64,000 nucleotides of DNA from Pirellulales bacterium (lineage in GTDB: Bacteria; Planctomycetota; Planctomycetia; Pirellulales; PALSA-1355). Positions 41,454 through 51,767 of the stretch are shown piece by piece; the stretch's first letter is position 1, and every line of letters begins with the position of its first letter. The notes beneath the pieces were generated by a model. The model worked only from the letters and a program-made list of their open reading frames with translations. It was not told the origin of the DNA and searched no databases. The stretch is from the NCBI GenBank assembly GCA_963733035.1, contig CAVTBU010000006.1, forward strand, positions 928,001-992,000, in the 5' to 3' direction. The translations under genes and the position numbers were made by a program.

Positions 41454-42874
41454 TTAGATGTTGATAAGGCCTTTGGCCATCAGGCGTTTGACTTCGGTGC
41501 GTGGCTTGGTCAGCCAGCCGTAGTGGTTGCGTCGGTGCTTTTTCACTCGGGGCTCGAAGCGGTCTGGCCGATCAGCGACTTGATGCGTGGCGACGGCGTC
41601 AAGCAATTGTTCGTAGATAGCCCTGCGGTGCGGTACGCTGCGTTCGCCTTGTAGAGCGATCAATGGCTGGAACGCCTCCAAGGTCTGAATCGTCCCCTTG
41701 AAGCTGATGGACCGCGGCTGAATATCGTGCCTGCTCGCTGCCTGCGCGATGATCGTGCGGATGAGGTTGTACGCCAGGATATGCGTCCAGATCTCTTTGC
41801 GCACCAGTTCGGGGGTCCTGCAGCGCAAGTCACGCATTTGCATCGTCGACTTGATGGAACGTAGATCGAGCTCATTGTTCCAACGAGCGCGGTACAGCAT
41901 CGCCAGATCCTCCTTGGTGGTTTGCCGCGGGTCCAGCAACGTCGTCACCACCACAATTGACTTGGTCCGGAACCCTGGTTGCGCAACTCGAATTCTCGCT
42001 TCTCGAACGGTGATGTATTCTGGGAGCGATTTGTAAGTGGTCCAGTCCAGAGAACGAATCGAGGTGGGCTTGAACCAGCGGACAAGGTGGTCACTATCGC
42101 CAAGGCGCTTTCCACGCCGAAAGTCCGATTTGCGATTGGCCTTGTTCAGGCGACTGACCAATTCAACGCCGCGTTGCTGGACCACAAAATGTTCGCCCAA
42201 TTGGCCATCAGGCGATCGGTGAGCAACACATCTCCGGGACAAAATGTGTCCCACAATCGGCGGAGCAAGCTGACTTCGCCCTCACCTTTGCCAGCGTACC
42301 GGCAGATTCCAAGATTGATGATCGCCCCGCATGATAGAGACGTGATGGCCCCGATCCGTGCAATCGGGAAGCCGAGCCCTGGCTTCTGATTGTAGACCTG
42401 TGGATAGGCTTGTTGATTCTCTGGAGTATCCGGCATGGTGACCGTCGTGCCATCGAACATGTAGACTCGCCGCCCTTTCCACAGCCAGCGGCGATCGGCT
42501 TTGGCCTCCAATGCGCGACCCACCAAGCAAGCCACCGTCGAGAAGAACTGTTCCGGTAACCGTTTTCTTGCCTGGCAGTACGCACCCGTTTCGGCTGAGC
42601 ACGGACTCTGTCCTTGCGACACACGATGCGCGATCAACCGGGCAACGGCCGCGCGGCACGACGCGTCGGCGCTCAGGACCTGGCCCAAGAAGACCCACAA
42701 CGTGACCAGCGGCGAATAGATCCTGTCGGTCCAGCACACGCCAACCGCTGTCAATGCTTGCGCGACAATTCCTTCAGAGTGCACATCACCGAATGGCAGG
42801 TCCCCGTCTTGAAGAAACTGCCGCCGCAGGAATCTCACCTGTTGCCGAAATCGTCCGCCGCTAGAATAGCGCAT
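41454..42874 (-). CDS. IS4-family DDE transposase; frameshift near 42190
   Basis: FDGTT, LTDR, YRARWNNELDLRSIK (YREK-type), RPDRFEPR. Confidence 0.92.
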
Positions 42875-42980
42875 CCTTGGCCTCCTTGCCGTTGATGGAT
42901 GTGTTGCCAAACACCATCTACGCAAGCGAGGCTTTTTTGCCTATTGCAAAAGGTCACATTCCGTACCGCCTGGAAAGAAC

Positions 42981-43370
42981 TCACAGTGGGGCATAAAGCT
43001 CAGGATGAGCTGCCAAGTGACGCTGGAATATCTGCACAAGCGTTTGATCGTCCGGAACGTGAACCGCGTATTCCTCATCGACTTCTTTTTCAACACTGTC
43101 AACCTGCGGTCTAGTCTCGATCAGGGTTCGAGCCCGAATGAACAGATCTGCAACGGCATCGAGCCCGTAATACCGATAAGCACGAAGCGCCTCCTCCATT
43201 TCACCGTGGCTCAGTACGTCGAATGGATGAAATACGCCTCCATTCATTGTCAAGCCATGCAACGAAAGAAGCGCGCGCAGTGCGAGATCGCCCTCGTAAC
43301 CGGCGGTACCTGGGCCCTGGTTGGGTTCACAGGCCCGATTCCAGATCTTGTCCGCGAAAGAAAGCTCCGT
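42981..43370 (-). CDS. Passenger gene, acidic DUF4375/DMP19-like protein; start codon reads ACG
   Basis: GGAGG-acgct-ACG GAG CTT..; ELSFADKIWNRAC..MNGGVFH..RAYRYYGL; lies within the IS ends. Confidence 0.6.
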   Translation of the reverse strand, partial: TELSFADKIWNRACEPNQGPGTAGYEGDLALRALLSLHGLTMNGGVFHPFDVLSHGEMEEALRAYRYYGLDAVADLFIRARTLIETRPQVDSVEKEVDEEYAVHVPDDQTLVQIFQRHLAAHPELYAPL

Positions 43371-43895
43371 AGCGTCCTCCCTCAGTCGCGTTGGAATACT
43401 GCATCACCGGCGTCCTTGCCGCTTCTGGATGTCTTTAGCATACGCTCAACTACTCACGCGTTGGCCTTTTGCGTATGTCAGTCTGAGCCAATATCTTACC
43501 AAAGAACTACGTGCCATTCGTCACATCGACCCATGCAGATTGGTGATGATCGGGTATTTAATGTGAATTTTCGAAATGCGCGCGGCGAAGGGAATCGAAT
43601 CGTCATGGCAGTGTCGATCGTTGGAATTCAAATTGAGCGAATCTAGGACAATGCGCGTGTAGCTCACATCGACCACGAGTCGCAGCCTGCTTGGGTGCAT
43701 CGGTACTCCAGTCCGATGCGTTGAAATCGCCGCGACGTTGCTCAGGAGGGCGTGACCTGTGCACGCGGAGGGCTGGCCGCACAGTGTTCGGGTCGACATG
43801 CCGACGTGCCTTCGAAAGATCTGTGAAAGCCGCTTGCTTGCTGCCGCTTGCAGCGCGTACAGTAAAGCGGACCGCCCAACTCGGAGTAGACTCGC

Positions 43896-44456
43896 ATGGG
43901 ACTTCTGACCTTCAGCCTCAACGTCACCCTGGACGGCTGCGTCGACCACCAGGAGGGAATCGCCGACGATGAGACGCACGCCTTCTTCACCCGCCTCATG
44001 GACGAGGGCGGGGCGATGCTGTGGGGCCGCGTCACCTACGAGATGATGGAGAGCTACTGGCCGTCGGTCGCCCGTGGTGACGAGGAGGCGCCGCCGTCGA
44101 TGCGCGAGTGGGCGGTCAAACTGGAGGCCAAGCCGAAGTACGTCGTTTCGTCGACGCGAACGGACTTTCCGTGGACCAACAGTCACCACATCGCCGGCGA
44201 CTTGCGCACGAGCGTGCAGAAGCTCAAGGATTCGACCCCTGCCGGCGTGCTCCTCGGCAGCGGCAAGCTTGCGACCGAGCTGGACCGGCTGGATCTGATC
44301 GACGAATACAAGTTCCTCGTTCACCCCAGGATCGCCGGCCATGGCCCGACCCTGTACCAGAGCGGGCTGCCCAGCACGCGACGGCTTGAGCTGGTCTCGG
44401 CGAAGCCGCTCAGCAACGGCGCGGTCGCCATGCACTACGGGCGTGCACGCGGCTAA
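43896..44456 (+). CDS. Dihydrofolate reductase family (RibD C-terminal-like) protein
   Basis: NVTLDG, LWGRVTYEMM, KYVVSST, LIDEY..VHP.IAG.G. Confidence 0.9.
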   Translation: MGLLTFSLNVTLDGCVDHQEGIADDETHAFFTRLMDEGGAMLWGRVTYEMMESYWPSVARGDEEAPPSMREWAVKLEAKPKYVVSSTRTDFPWTNSHHIAGDLRTSVQKLKDSTPAGVLLGSGKLATELDRLDLIDEYKFLVHPRIAGHGPTLYQSGLPSTRRLELVSAKPLSNGAVAMHYGRARG

Positions 44457-44900
44457 CGAGGCGGTGAACTTGAGCGGCGGATCGGGCGGGTATTGATGTC
44501 AACGGTTCTTGGCCGCCGCGAGGTTACCTTGGTCGTTCGGCAACGCGCATCGGCCACAGCGTCCAACTCATCCGAAGATCGATTCATGTTTGGCGCGCTT
44601 CGGCGTTCACGACCCGCGCGGGAAACTGCACTGTGCCAGCCTACGGAAGGTGGTGTTGGAATGCGTGGTCGAAACGATGGCATCCGCTTCCTGCGCTGTC
44701 ATCCCCAAAGTGCCTAAGGTGGGCGTGTCCTTGGCGTGCCGTCGATTCGCCCTTGACTGCCGGGGGGCGACTCGCCGAGTGTACTGGGGTGTGGCACCGA
44801 TTGGAAAACGAACGCCACGCGGAACACGACTACGGCCGGCTCGACGCTTGGAAACGCCTTGTGCCGGTTGATCGACTCCACAAACGGTGTCCCCGCGTTA

Positions 44901-44953
44901 TGCCGCTTAACGGCGCACCGGTTGAGTCCGCACCATTTCCTGGTAGCTCGACC
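44901..44953. repeat. Degenerate REP-like repeat (copy E), direct repeat of copy D
   Basis: tgccgcttaacggc..ccatttcctggtagctcgacc. Confidence 0.7.
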
Positions 44954-45061
44954 CTGGATTTCGATTATCGACCCGCGCTGCCGCGAGCTAAACTTTACGC
45001 GGAGTGGCGCGGCCGAAGTCCGCCGCGCCGGGGCTCGAAGCGACAGGGGAGGAAGCGAGGT

Positions 45062-45673
45062 ATGTCGGGACGCATGCTGGATTGGCTGGTGGTCAAATGG
45101 CAGTGGCCGTATGCGGCGCTGCTGGCGGCGGGTTTCTTGGGCTTACTGGCGCCCGTGGTGTTTTTCTTGGAGGGGGTGCCGCTGGGGCTCGTCTATTTGC
45201 AACTGCCGATCTACATGGTGCATCAGTACGAAGAGCACCGTGGCGACCGGTTTCGGTTATGGATCAATGGCCGGATCGGCCAGGGCCGCGAAGTGTTGAC
45301 GCCGATCGCGACGTTTTGGATCAACTCGCTGCTGGTGTGGCTGCCCGACCTGGTCGCCCTCTATCTGGCGTGCTTCGTCAATTTGTCTTTTGGACTGGTG
45401 GCCATCTACCTGCCGCTGCTCAATGCGGTGGGGCACATCGTGGCGGCGATCGTCACCCGAAGCTACAACCCGGGGCTCTGGACCAGCGTGGGGCTGTTCG
45501 TGCCGGTTGGCCTCGTGAGCGTGGTGGTCGTGTCGCGCGCGGCCGGCAGCACGCTGGCGAATCAATTGCTGGCGCTCGGCGTGGCGGTGGCCGTGCACGG
45601 GGTGATCATCGTCGACGTGCGCCGGCGACTGGCGATCCTTTCGCCACGAGAAGTTCCGTCGGCTGCGGGCTGA
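45062..45673 (+). CDS. HXXEE domain membrane protein
   Basis: HQYEEH, YNPGL.T; multiple TM. Confidence 0.85.
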   Translation: MSGRMLDWLVVKWQWPYAALLAAGFLGLLAPVVFFLEGVPLGLVYLQLPIYMVHQYEEHRGDRFRLWINGRIGQGREVLTPIATFWINSLLVWLPDLVALYLACFVNLSFGLVAIYLPLLNAVGHIVAAIVTRSYNPGLWTSVGLFVPVGLVSVVVVSRAAGSTLANQLLALGVAVAVHGVIIVDVRRRLAILSPREVPSAAG

Positions 45674-45952
45674 GTGGGCGGCGGCCGCTCGAAAAAATCC
45701 GGCGCCCTTGCCCGGTGACCTTTCTGATCGGTTCGCGGCATCTCTGGGAAACGGCCGTCCTTTAAAACGGCTGTTCGCGCGAATTGCGGGACATGCTTCG
45801 CGGCGGACCCTACAATGTCCACCTGGTTCTCGACTGGCGAGGGAATCGCCTCTCGTGCGAGAAGTCGGAGAGGGTGAAACAAGACGGCGCGCTGGAAACA
45901 TGTTTGTTTCACAAGCCAGGTTCGCTAACCGTGTAAGAACAATGAGAATGCC

Positions 45953-47374
45953 ATGCCGTGCAAAACCCTGATCTTGATCGTTGTCGCGAGCATCGCTTGC
46001 CGTGTGGTTCAAGTGGCGGCAGCCGCCGACGCGACGAAGGGGGGTGATCGGCCCAATATTGTCTTCGTCCTGTTCGACGACATGGGCTGGGGGCAACCTC
46101 CCTGCTATAGCCCGCAATCCGCGCTGCGGACGCCGAATCTCGACAAGCTTGCCGCGCAGGGGATGCGTTTCCTCGATGCGCACTCCGCGGCGGCGGTCTG
46201 CACGCCCACACGCTACGGCGTGCTCACGGGGCGCTATCCCTCGCGGATCGGACAATTTGGCGTGCTGACAACCTATTCGCGGCCGCTCATTCCGCCGAGC
46301 CGCACCACGGTCGCCTCGCTGCTCAAACAACACGGCTACTCCACGGCGTGCATCGGCAAATGGCACCTGGGGCTGAACTGGGTGGACGGCAGACCCGGCT
46401 CGGAAAACAAGCTCCCCATCGGCGCCCGCACGACGGACGGCCCGAACGCGCTCGGGTTCGACTACTTTTGCGGTTACACGCACGCGCGCAATATCGGTTC
46501 GGTCATCGAACAAGATCGCGTGGTGGCTCACGTCGAGGAGGACGAGAACCAGCCCCTGATGATCAGCAAGGCGCTCGAGTGGCTCGGTCAGCGGAAACCG
46601 GGCGAACCGTTCTTTCTCTATTTCCCGATGTGCCCACCGCACACGCCGATCGTGCCCTCTGAGGAATTTATCGGCAAGAGCGGCGCCACGGACGTCGTGC
46701 GCAACGACCCAAAGTATGGCGACTGGGTCTATCAGGGTGACGCCATGCTTGGCGAGATCATGGATTTGCTCGATCGGTTGAACCTTGCCGAAAATACGTT
46801 GCTGATCGCAACCAGCGACAACGGCGCCGCGCATCGGCCGTATGCACCGCTACGGGAGTCAAAGAGCAGCATCTACGAAGGCGGGCACCGGGTGCCGTTC
46901 GTCGCGCGCTGGCCCGGCCGGGTGAAGGCCGGGTCGAACTGGAAACACACCGTCTGCTTGAACGACCTGCTGGCGACCGCGGCCGAGATCATCGGCACGC
47001 AGCTCCCCTCGGCGGCTGGTGAGGACAGCGTGTCTCTGCTGCCGGCCTTGCTCGGCACTATCGACGCGCCGACGCGGGAAGCCACGGTCCATCAGTCGCC
47101 AAAAGGTGACCTGGCCATCCGCCAGGGAGCGTGGAAGCTGATACTTCACGCCTCTGGCCAGCGCGAGCTCTTCCAGCTCGTCGACGACATCGGTGAAACG
47201 AACGACGTGTTGGCGGCCAATCCTGATGTCGCCTCAAGGCTCACCGCGCTCATGCAGAGTTATATCGACTCTGGCCGCAGCACGCCCGGTGCAGTGCAGC
47301 AGAACGACCGCAGGCTGTCTTTACCGCGCCAGAAGCCCGCGCCGGGTTTGCCGCAGCAGAAAACCTCCGAATGA
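45953..47374 (+). CDS. Arylsulfatase (formylglycine-dependent)
   Basis: RPNIVFVLFDDMG, CTPTRYGVLTGR, GKWHLG, SDNG, EGGHRVPF. Confidence 0.95.
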   Translation: MPCKTLILIVVASIACRVVQVAAAADATKGGDRPNIVFVLFDDMGWGQPPCYSPQSALRTPNLDKLAAQGMRFLDAHSAAAVCTPTRYGVLTGRYPSRIGQFGVLTTYSRPLIPPSRTTVASLLKQHGYSTACIGKWHLGLNWVDGRPGSENKLPIGARTTDGPNALGFDYFCGYTHARNIGSVIEQDRVVAHVEEDENQPLMISKALEWLGQRKPGEPFFLYFPMCPPHTPIVPSEEFIGKSGATDVVRNDPKYGDWVYQGDAMLGEIMDLLDRLNLAENTLLIATSDNGAAHRPYAPLRESKSSIYEGGHRVPFVARWPGRVKAGSNWKHTVCLNDLLATAAEIIGTQLPSAAGEDSVSLLPALLGTIDAPTREATVHQSPKGDLAIRQGAWKLILHASGQRELFQLVDDIGETNDVLAANPDVASRLTALMQSYIDSGRSTPGAVQQNDRRLSLPRQKPAPGLPQQKTSE

Positions 47375-47449
47375 GAGCGGCAGAAACTTCCATCGCGCCC
47401 GCGGCGCTGAGTCGAGGACGCCGAACGTCTACGCAATGGCAGGTCTCGC

Positions 47450-48199
47450 CTAGGGCGCTGCTGTTTTGGTGCCCAGTTTCCTGACCGCGTCGACGACCTC
47501 CGCAGGCTCGGCCCGCTTTTTGTAGTCGGCGTCGAGAAACGCGTAGCGAATGACGCCGCCGCGATCGATGACATACGTCGCCGAGAGGGGAAGTTCCATC
47601 GCGTCGCTGCCGTTGCGCTCGGCAAGTTTCAGACGATCGCGATAGAGCGGCAGAATGGACTCCGGGAGCTCGAAAACGAGACCATATTTCCGGGCCGTCG
47701 CGTTGCCTTGGTCGAACAGCGTGATGAAGTCAACCTTGTTCGCCTTGGCCGTTTGCTTGGCGTACTTGGGTAGCTCGGGCGAAAGGACCACCAGCTTCGC
47801 GCCGTTCTCCTCGAGGGACTCAAGCTGCTGCTGCATGCCGCGGAGTTGCAAGTTGCAGTAAGGGCACCAGCCACCACGGTACCACATGAGCACGATCGGG
47901 CCTTCGCTCCACAGATCGCTGAGGGTGACTTGTTTGCCGTTCCAGTCGGTAAGCGTGGCGTCGATGGCCTCGTCTCCCACCTGTCGGGCGGACTTCTCGA
48001 TGCCCGACTGGCGAACCGAATCAATTGCCTGCTCCATCGATTGCAGGAGCTCGGCGGGAAAGCGCTTCGCGGAGGCGTTGGCGACAGCGTTGAGTTGATC
48101 CGCGAGTGTTTTCGGCGGTTGCTGCGGCTCGGCGGCCAAGACGACGGCGGCCATGCTGATGCTGCAGAACAACGAACAGGCGATGACGGTGGGTTTCAT
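47450..48199 (-). CDS. Peroxiredoxin-like AhpC/TSA family protein with signal peptide
   Basis: YRGGWCPYCN, LP..ATYVID..G.IRY..D.DY.KRAEP. Confidence 0.9.
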   Translation of the reverse strand: MKPTVIACSLFCSISMAAVVLAAEPQQPPKTLADQLNAVANASAKRFPAELLQSMEQAIDSVRQSGIEKSARQVGDEAIDATLTDWNGKQVTLSDLWSEGPIVLMWYRGGWCPYCNLQLRGMQQQLESLEENGAKLVVLSPELPKYAKQTAKANKVDFITLFDQGNATARKYGLVFELPESILPLYRDRLKLAERNGSDAMELPLSATYVIDRGGVIRYAFLDADYKKRAEPAEVVDAVRKLGTKTAAP

Positions 48200-48397
48200 G
48201 ATGACCTCTCCTTGCGCGTGGCACTACGAGATTTTTGTCGCCTGAAATTCAGTCAGGCTCTGCCGCGTATTATAGGCGACCCGGCCAGCGGGTACACGAC
48301 GACGGGTTGCCGACCTTGATCGTGCACGGTTTGACCCTTGGCGAGCCGGCTGGGATAATCGCCGCCAGCACGATTTTCCCATTCGGAGTCTAAGATC

Positions 48398-49291
48398 ATG
48401 CGGTGGTTCGCGGTCGTTGTTGTACTGGGCATCTGCGTTCAATTCGCTTCGGGCGCGTCGCCCGAGGCCGGCGGTGAGAAGACGCTCAAGGTGTTATCGA
48501 ACAACGTGGGCATCTTTCCGCGGCAGGTTGCGGCCAACTATCCGGAAAACGTCAAGCAGAAGAAAAAGGACATCGTTGCCGACGAGGAGCAGCGGGCCGA
48601 ACTGCTGGCAAAGGCCCTCATCGATTTTGAAGGAGACCCCGACGTCTTGCTGTTGCAAGAGATCTGGTCGATCAAAGCGCGCGACCGGCTGATCAAGGAC
48701 CTGGCGCCGAAGTATCCCTACTGCGAGCATCCGCCGACGATCGGCGACGGAAAAACCACGATTCAGGCCTCAGGACTGGTCGTCTTCAGCAAGTACCCAC
48801 TGCGTGACTTCGCCTTCAAGGAGTTCACTCGGGGGATCGGCCTCGACAAGGTCGCCCGCAAGGGGATTGTCGGCGCGAAGCTGACTAAGGGGGGGCGCAC
48901 GATCGCGGTGTTCAACACGCATCTCCAGGCGGGCGGCAAGCGAGATCCGTCGGTCAAACCCGACCAGCTTCACGAGTGCAACGAGTTCATTCGCGAGTTG
49001 ACCGGCGACGACAAAGACACGATCGCCGTGATGGCGGGCGACTTCAACATCCCCTCGATCGACGCGGACGCCTACAACCTGATCTTCACCTCGCTGTCCG
49101 GTGCCCACGATAGCTATCGAGAGGAGCTGGGTCCGATCAAAAAGACGGGCCGCAACAAGAAGTTCCCGAACAAGCGGATCGACTACCTGCTGACCTTCGG
49201 CGACACAAAAGCCGAATCGACGATTGTCGATCCGGGCGGGGAGCGGCTATCCGACCACTTCGCGGTGTTTGGAACGATTGACCTTGACTAG
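48398..49291 (+). CDS. Secreted EEP-family phosphodiesterase (sphingomyelinase C-like)
   Basis: LQE, SKYP, KG, NTHLQA, GDFN, RIDY, SDHFAV. Confidence 0.88.
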   Translation: MRWFAVVVVLGICVQFASGASPEAGGEKTLKVLSNNVGIFPRQVAANYPENVKQKKKDIVADEEQRAELLAKALIDFEGDPDVLLLQEIWSIKARDRLIKDLAPKYPYCEHPPTIGDGKTTIQASGLVVFSKYPLRDFAFKEFTRGIGLDKVARKGIVGAKLTKGGRTIAVFNTHLQAGGKRDPSVKPDQLHECNEFIRELTGDDKDTIAVMAGDFNIPSIDADAYNLIFTSLSGAHDSYREELGPIKKTGRNKKFPNKRIDYLLTFGDTKAESTIVDPGGERLSDHFAVFGTIDLD

Positions 49292-49383
49292 GCGAGCGGG
49301 TGCGGGCGGCGATCGCAGTGGGCTGTGCGCCGGCGTCGTCAAGCCCCTTGAGCGGTTGCTCGACATTTTGAAAAGGCATCTCG

Positions 49384-51551
49384 ATGAGACGGCAAGCCAC
49401 GCGGCAGTCGCCGAGCAGCGCATGGAATGCTATTCGCCCGAGTTTGCGACTCGCGGTGGTGATCCTTACGTCGTTATTCGCTGGACAGGAGGCGCTACTC
49501 GCCGGTGACAATCCAGATTCGCGCGTATTTCCCAAGGAGACGTGGAGCGTTGCAAGTCCGGGGGAAGCCCGGCTGGCGGAGTCGCGGCTGCAAGCGGCGC
49601 GTGACTATGCGTTGACCGGCGGTGGATCGGGACACGTCACGCGAGCCGGCAAGCTGGTGATGTCCTGGGGCGATCCGCGGAAGCGATACGATTTGAAGTC
49701 GACGACCAAGTCGATTGGCGTAACGGCTCTCGGATTGGCGATTCAGGACGGCAAGCTCGCAGTCGACGACAAGGCCCGACGCTATCACCCGACACTTGGC
49801 ACACCGCCTGCCGCGAATGCGGAGACCGGATGGTTGGACGAGATTACCATCATGCAACTGGCGACCCAAACCGCCGGCTTCGAAAAGACCGGTGGATTCG
49901 GCAAGCTGCTGTTCAAGCCTGGCTCGAAATGGTGTTACAGCGACGGCGGCCCAAACTGGCTTGCTGAATGTATCACCAAAGTCTACGGACAGGACCTCAA
50001 CGAATTGATGTTTGATCGTGTCTTTGGGCCCATCGGCATCACGCCAAATGACCTGGTGTGGCGCGAGAACGACTACCGACCAAAGCAACTTGACGGTGTC
50101 AAACGGCGGGAGTTTGGCTCGGGCATCAGCGCGAATGTCGACGCGATGGCGCGGATCGGCTACTTGTATCTTCGCCAGGGACGTTGGAACGGCAAACGAA
50201 TCGTGCCGACGGAATTCGTCAAACAAGCAAGCACCACGGTATCAAAGGTTGTGGGCTTGGAAGAGGTCGACGCGGCGAACTACGGCAACGCTTCCGACCA
50301 CTACGGCTTGCTGTGGTGGAACAACGCCGATGGAACGCTGGAGAAGGTACCCCGCGACGCGTTTTGGTCATGGGGGCTCTACGATAGCTTGATCGTCGTC
50401 ATGCCCAGTCTTGACATTGTTGCGGTCCGCGCTGGTGGGGCGTGGCCGCGGCAATCGCGCGAACACTACGAGGTATTGCGGCCATTCCTGGAGCCAATCG
50501 CCCTGGCGGCCGGAAAAACGGACGACCGCGACGCCGACCTGCTCGAACGCAAGATTTCCGCCCGCCGTAGCGCCAGCAAAGCCCTTGCGCCACCCTATCC
50601 GCCGAGCCAGGTGGTCACACGCGTTGAATGGGCCGCGGCGGCCGAGATTACTCGGCGGGCGCGCGGAAGCGATAATTGGCCCATGACCTGGGGGGACGAT
50701 GATGCGCTCTACACCGCCTATGGCGACGGCAAAGGTTTCGAACCGACTGTGGAGTTGAAGCTCAGTCTTGGGCTGAGTCGGATCACCGGAGGCGCGAACG
50801 ATTTCATCGCTGAAAACATTCGATCCCCGACGGTTGAAATGCACGGCGACGGTGCCATCGGAAAAAAGGCAAGCGGCATGCTGATGGTCGACGGCGTGCT
50901 CTATCTGCTGGTTCGAAACGCCGGGAACTCTCAGTTGGCCTGGTCGCGCGACCACGGTCGCACCTGGACGTGGAGCGCGTGGAAGTTCACCAAAAGTTTT
51001 GGCTGTCCGACGCTGTTAAACTTTGGCCGCAATTACGCCGCGCGCGCGACGGATGCGTCTATATCTACTCGCACGACAGCGACAGTGCCTATCAGCCGGC
51101 GGACCGGATGGTGCTCGCACGGGTTCACAAACAGAGAGTCTCCGATCGCAGCGCGTACGAATTCTTCAGCGGAATGGAGTCGGGCCGCGCGACTTGGAGT
51201 TCGAACGTCGACGATCGGGCCGCTGTGTTTTCGTTTCCCGGGCAGTGCTGTCGCTCATCGATCAGCTATGATCCCTTTATTGAGCGATACCTATGGTGCC
51301 AAACCTTACCCGGCGACGACACGCGGTTTGCCGGCGGACTGGGAATCTACGATGCGCCTGAACCCTGGGGCCCCTGGACTACCGTGTTCTTCACGGAAAC
51401 ATGGGACGTTGGGCCGGGCGAAACAGCAAGCATTCCAACGAAGTGGATGGAAACAGACGGCCGGACGATTCATCTGGTGTTTTCCGGCGACGACCATTTT
51501 TCCGTTCGCCAGGCAACCCTGACGCTCGCCAGCCCACCAAAGCGTCCTTAG
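49384..51551 (+). CDS. Serine hydrolase (beta-lactamase fold) fused to a DUF4185-like domain; frameshift near 51045
   Basis: STTK (SxxK), YSD, YGLLWW; GSDNWPMTW.DD..YTAYGDG; APEPWGPW..PTKWM in the second frame. Confidence 0.8.
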
Positions 51552-51767
51552 AAACCGCAGCAGGTTGCGAAGACGACAACCCGACCGCCAAAACGGATCT
51601 TGGGAAATGGTTGCCTATCGTGGCGCGACAGAGCCGTAGGGCTCGCGGCGCCGCTTTGACTTACCGGCGTTTCTTCCCCGGGCGAGCGCACGGCGCGGCA
51701 ACTTGTCGCGACTGCTAATTGCGTTGGGCGGTCAACGGTGCTTTGACCCTGACGGGCGTCAGCTTGT

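Larger units (their letters stand above)
41445..43519 (-). mobile_element. IS4-family element with passenger gene, TIRs GAATGGCACnTAG, 11-bp target duplication
   Basis: gaatggcacttag at 41445; ctacgtgccattc ending 43519; gtcacatcgac at 41434-41444 and 43520-43530. Confidence 0.88.

Noticed and set aside
42146..42254. Programmed ribosomal frameshift in the IS4 transposase
   Set aside because: IS4 transposases are single-ORF and no slippery heptamer is visible; an indel is more likely
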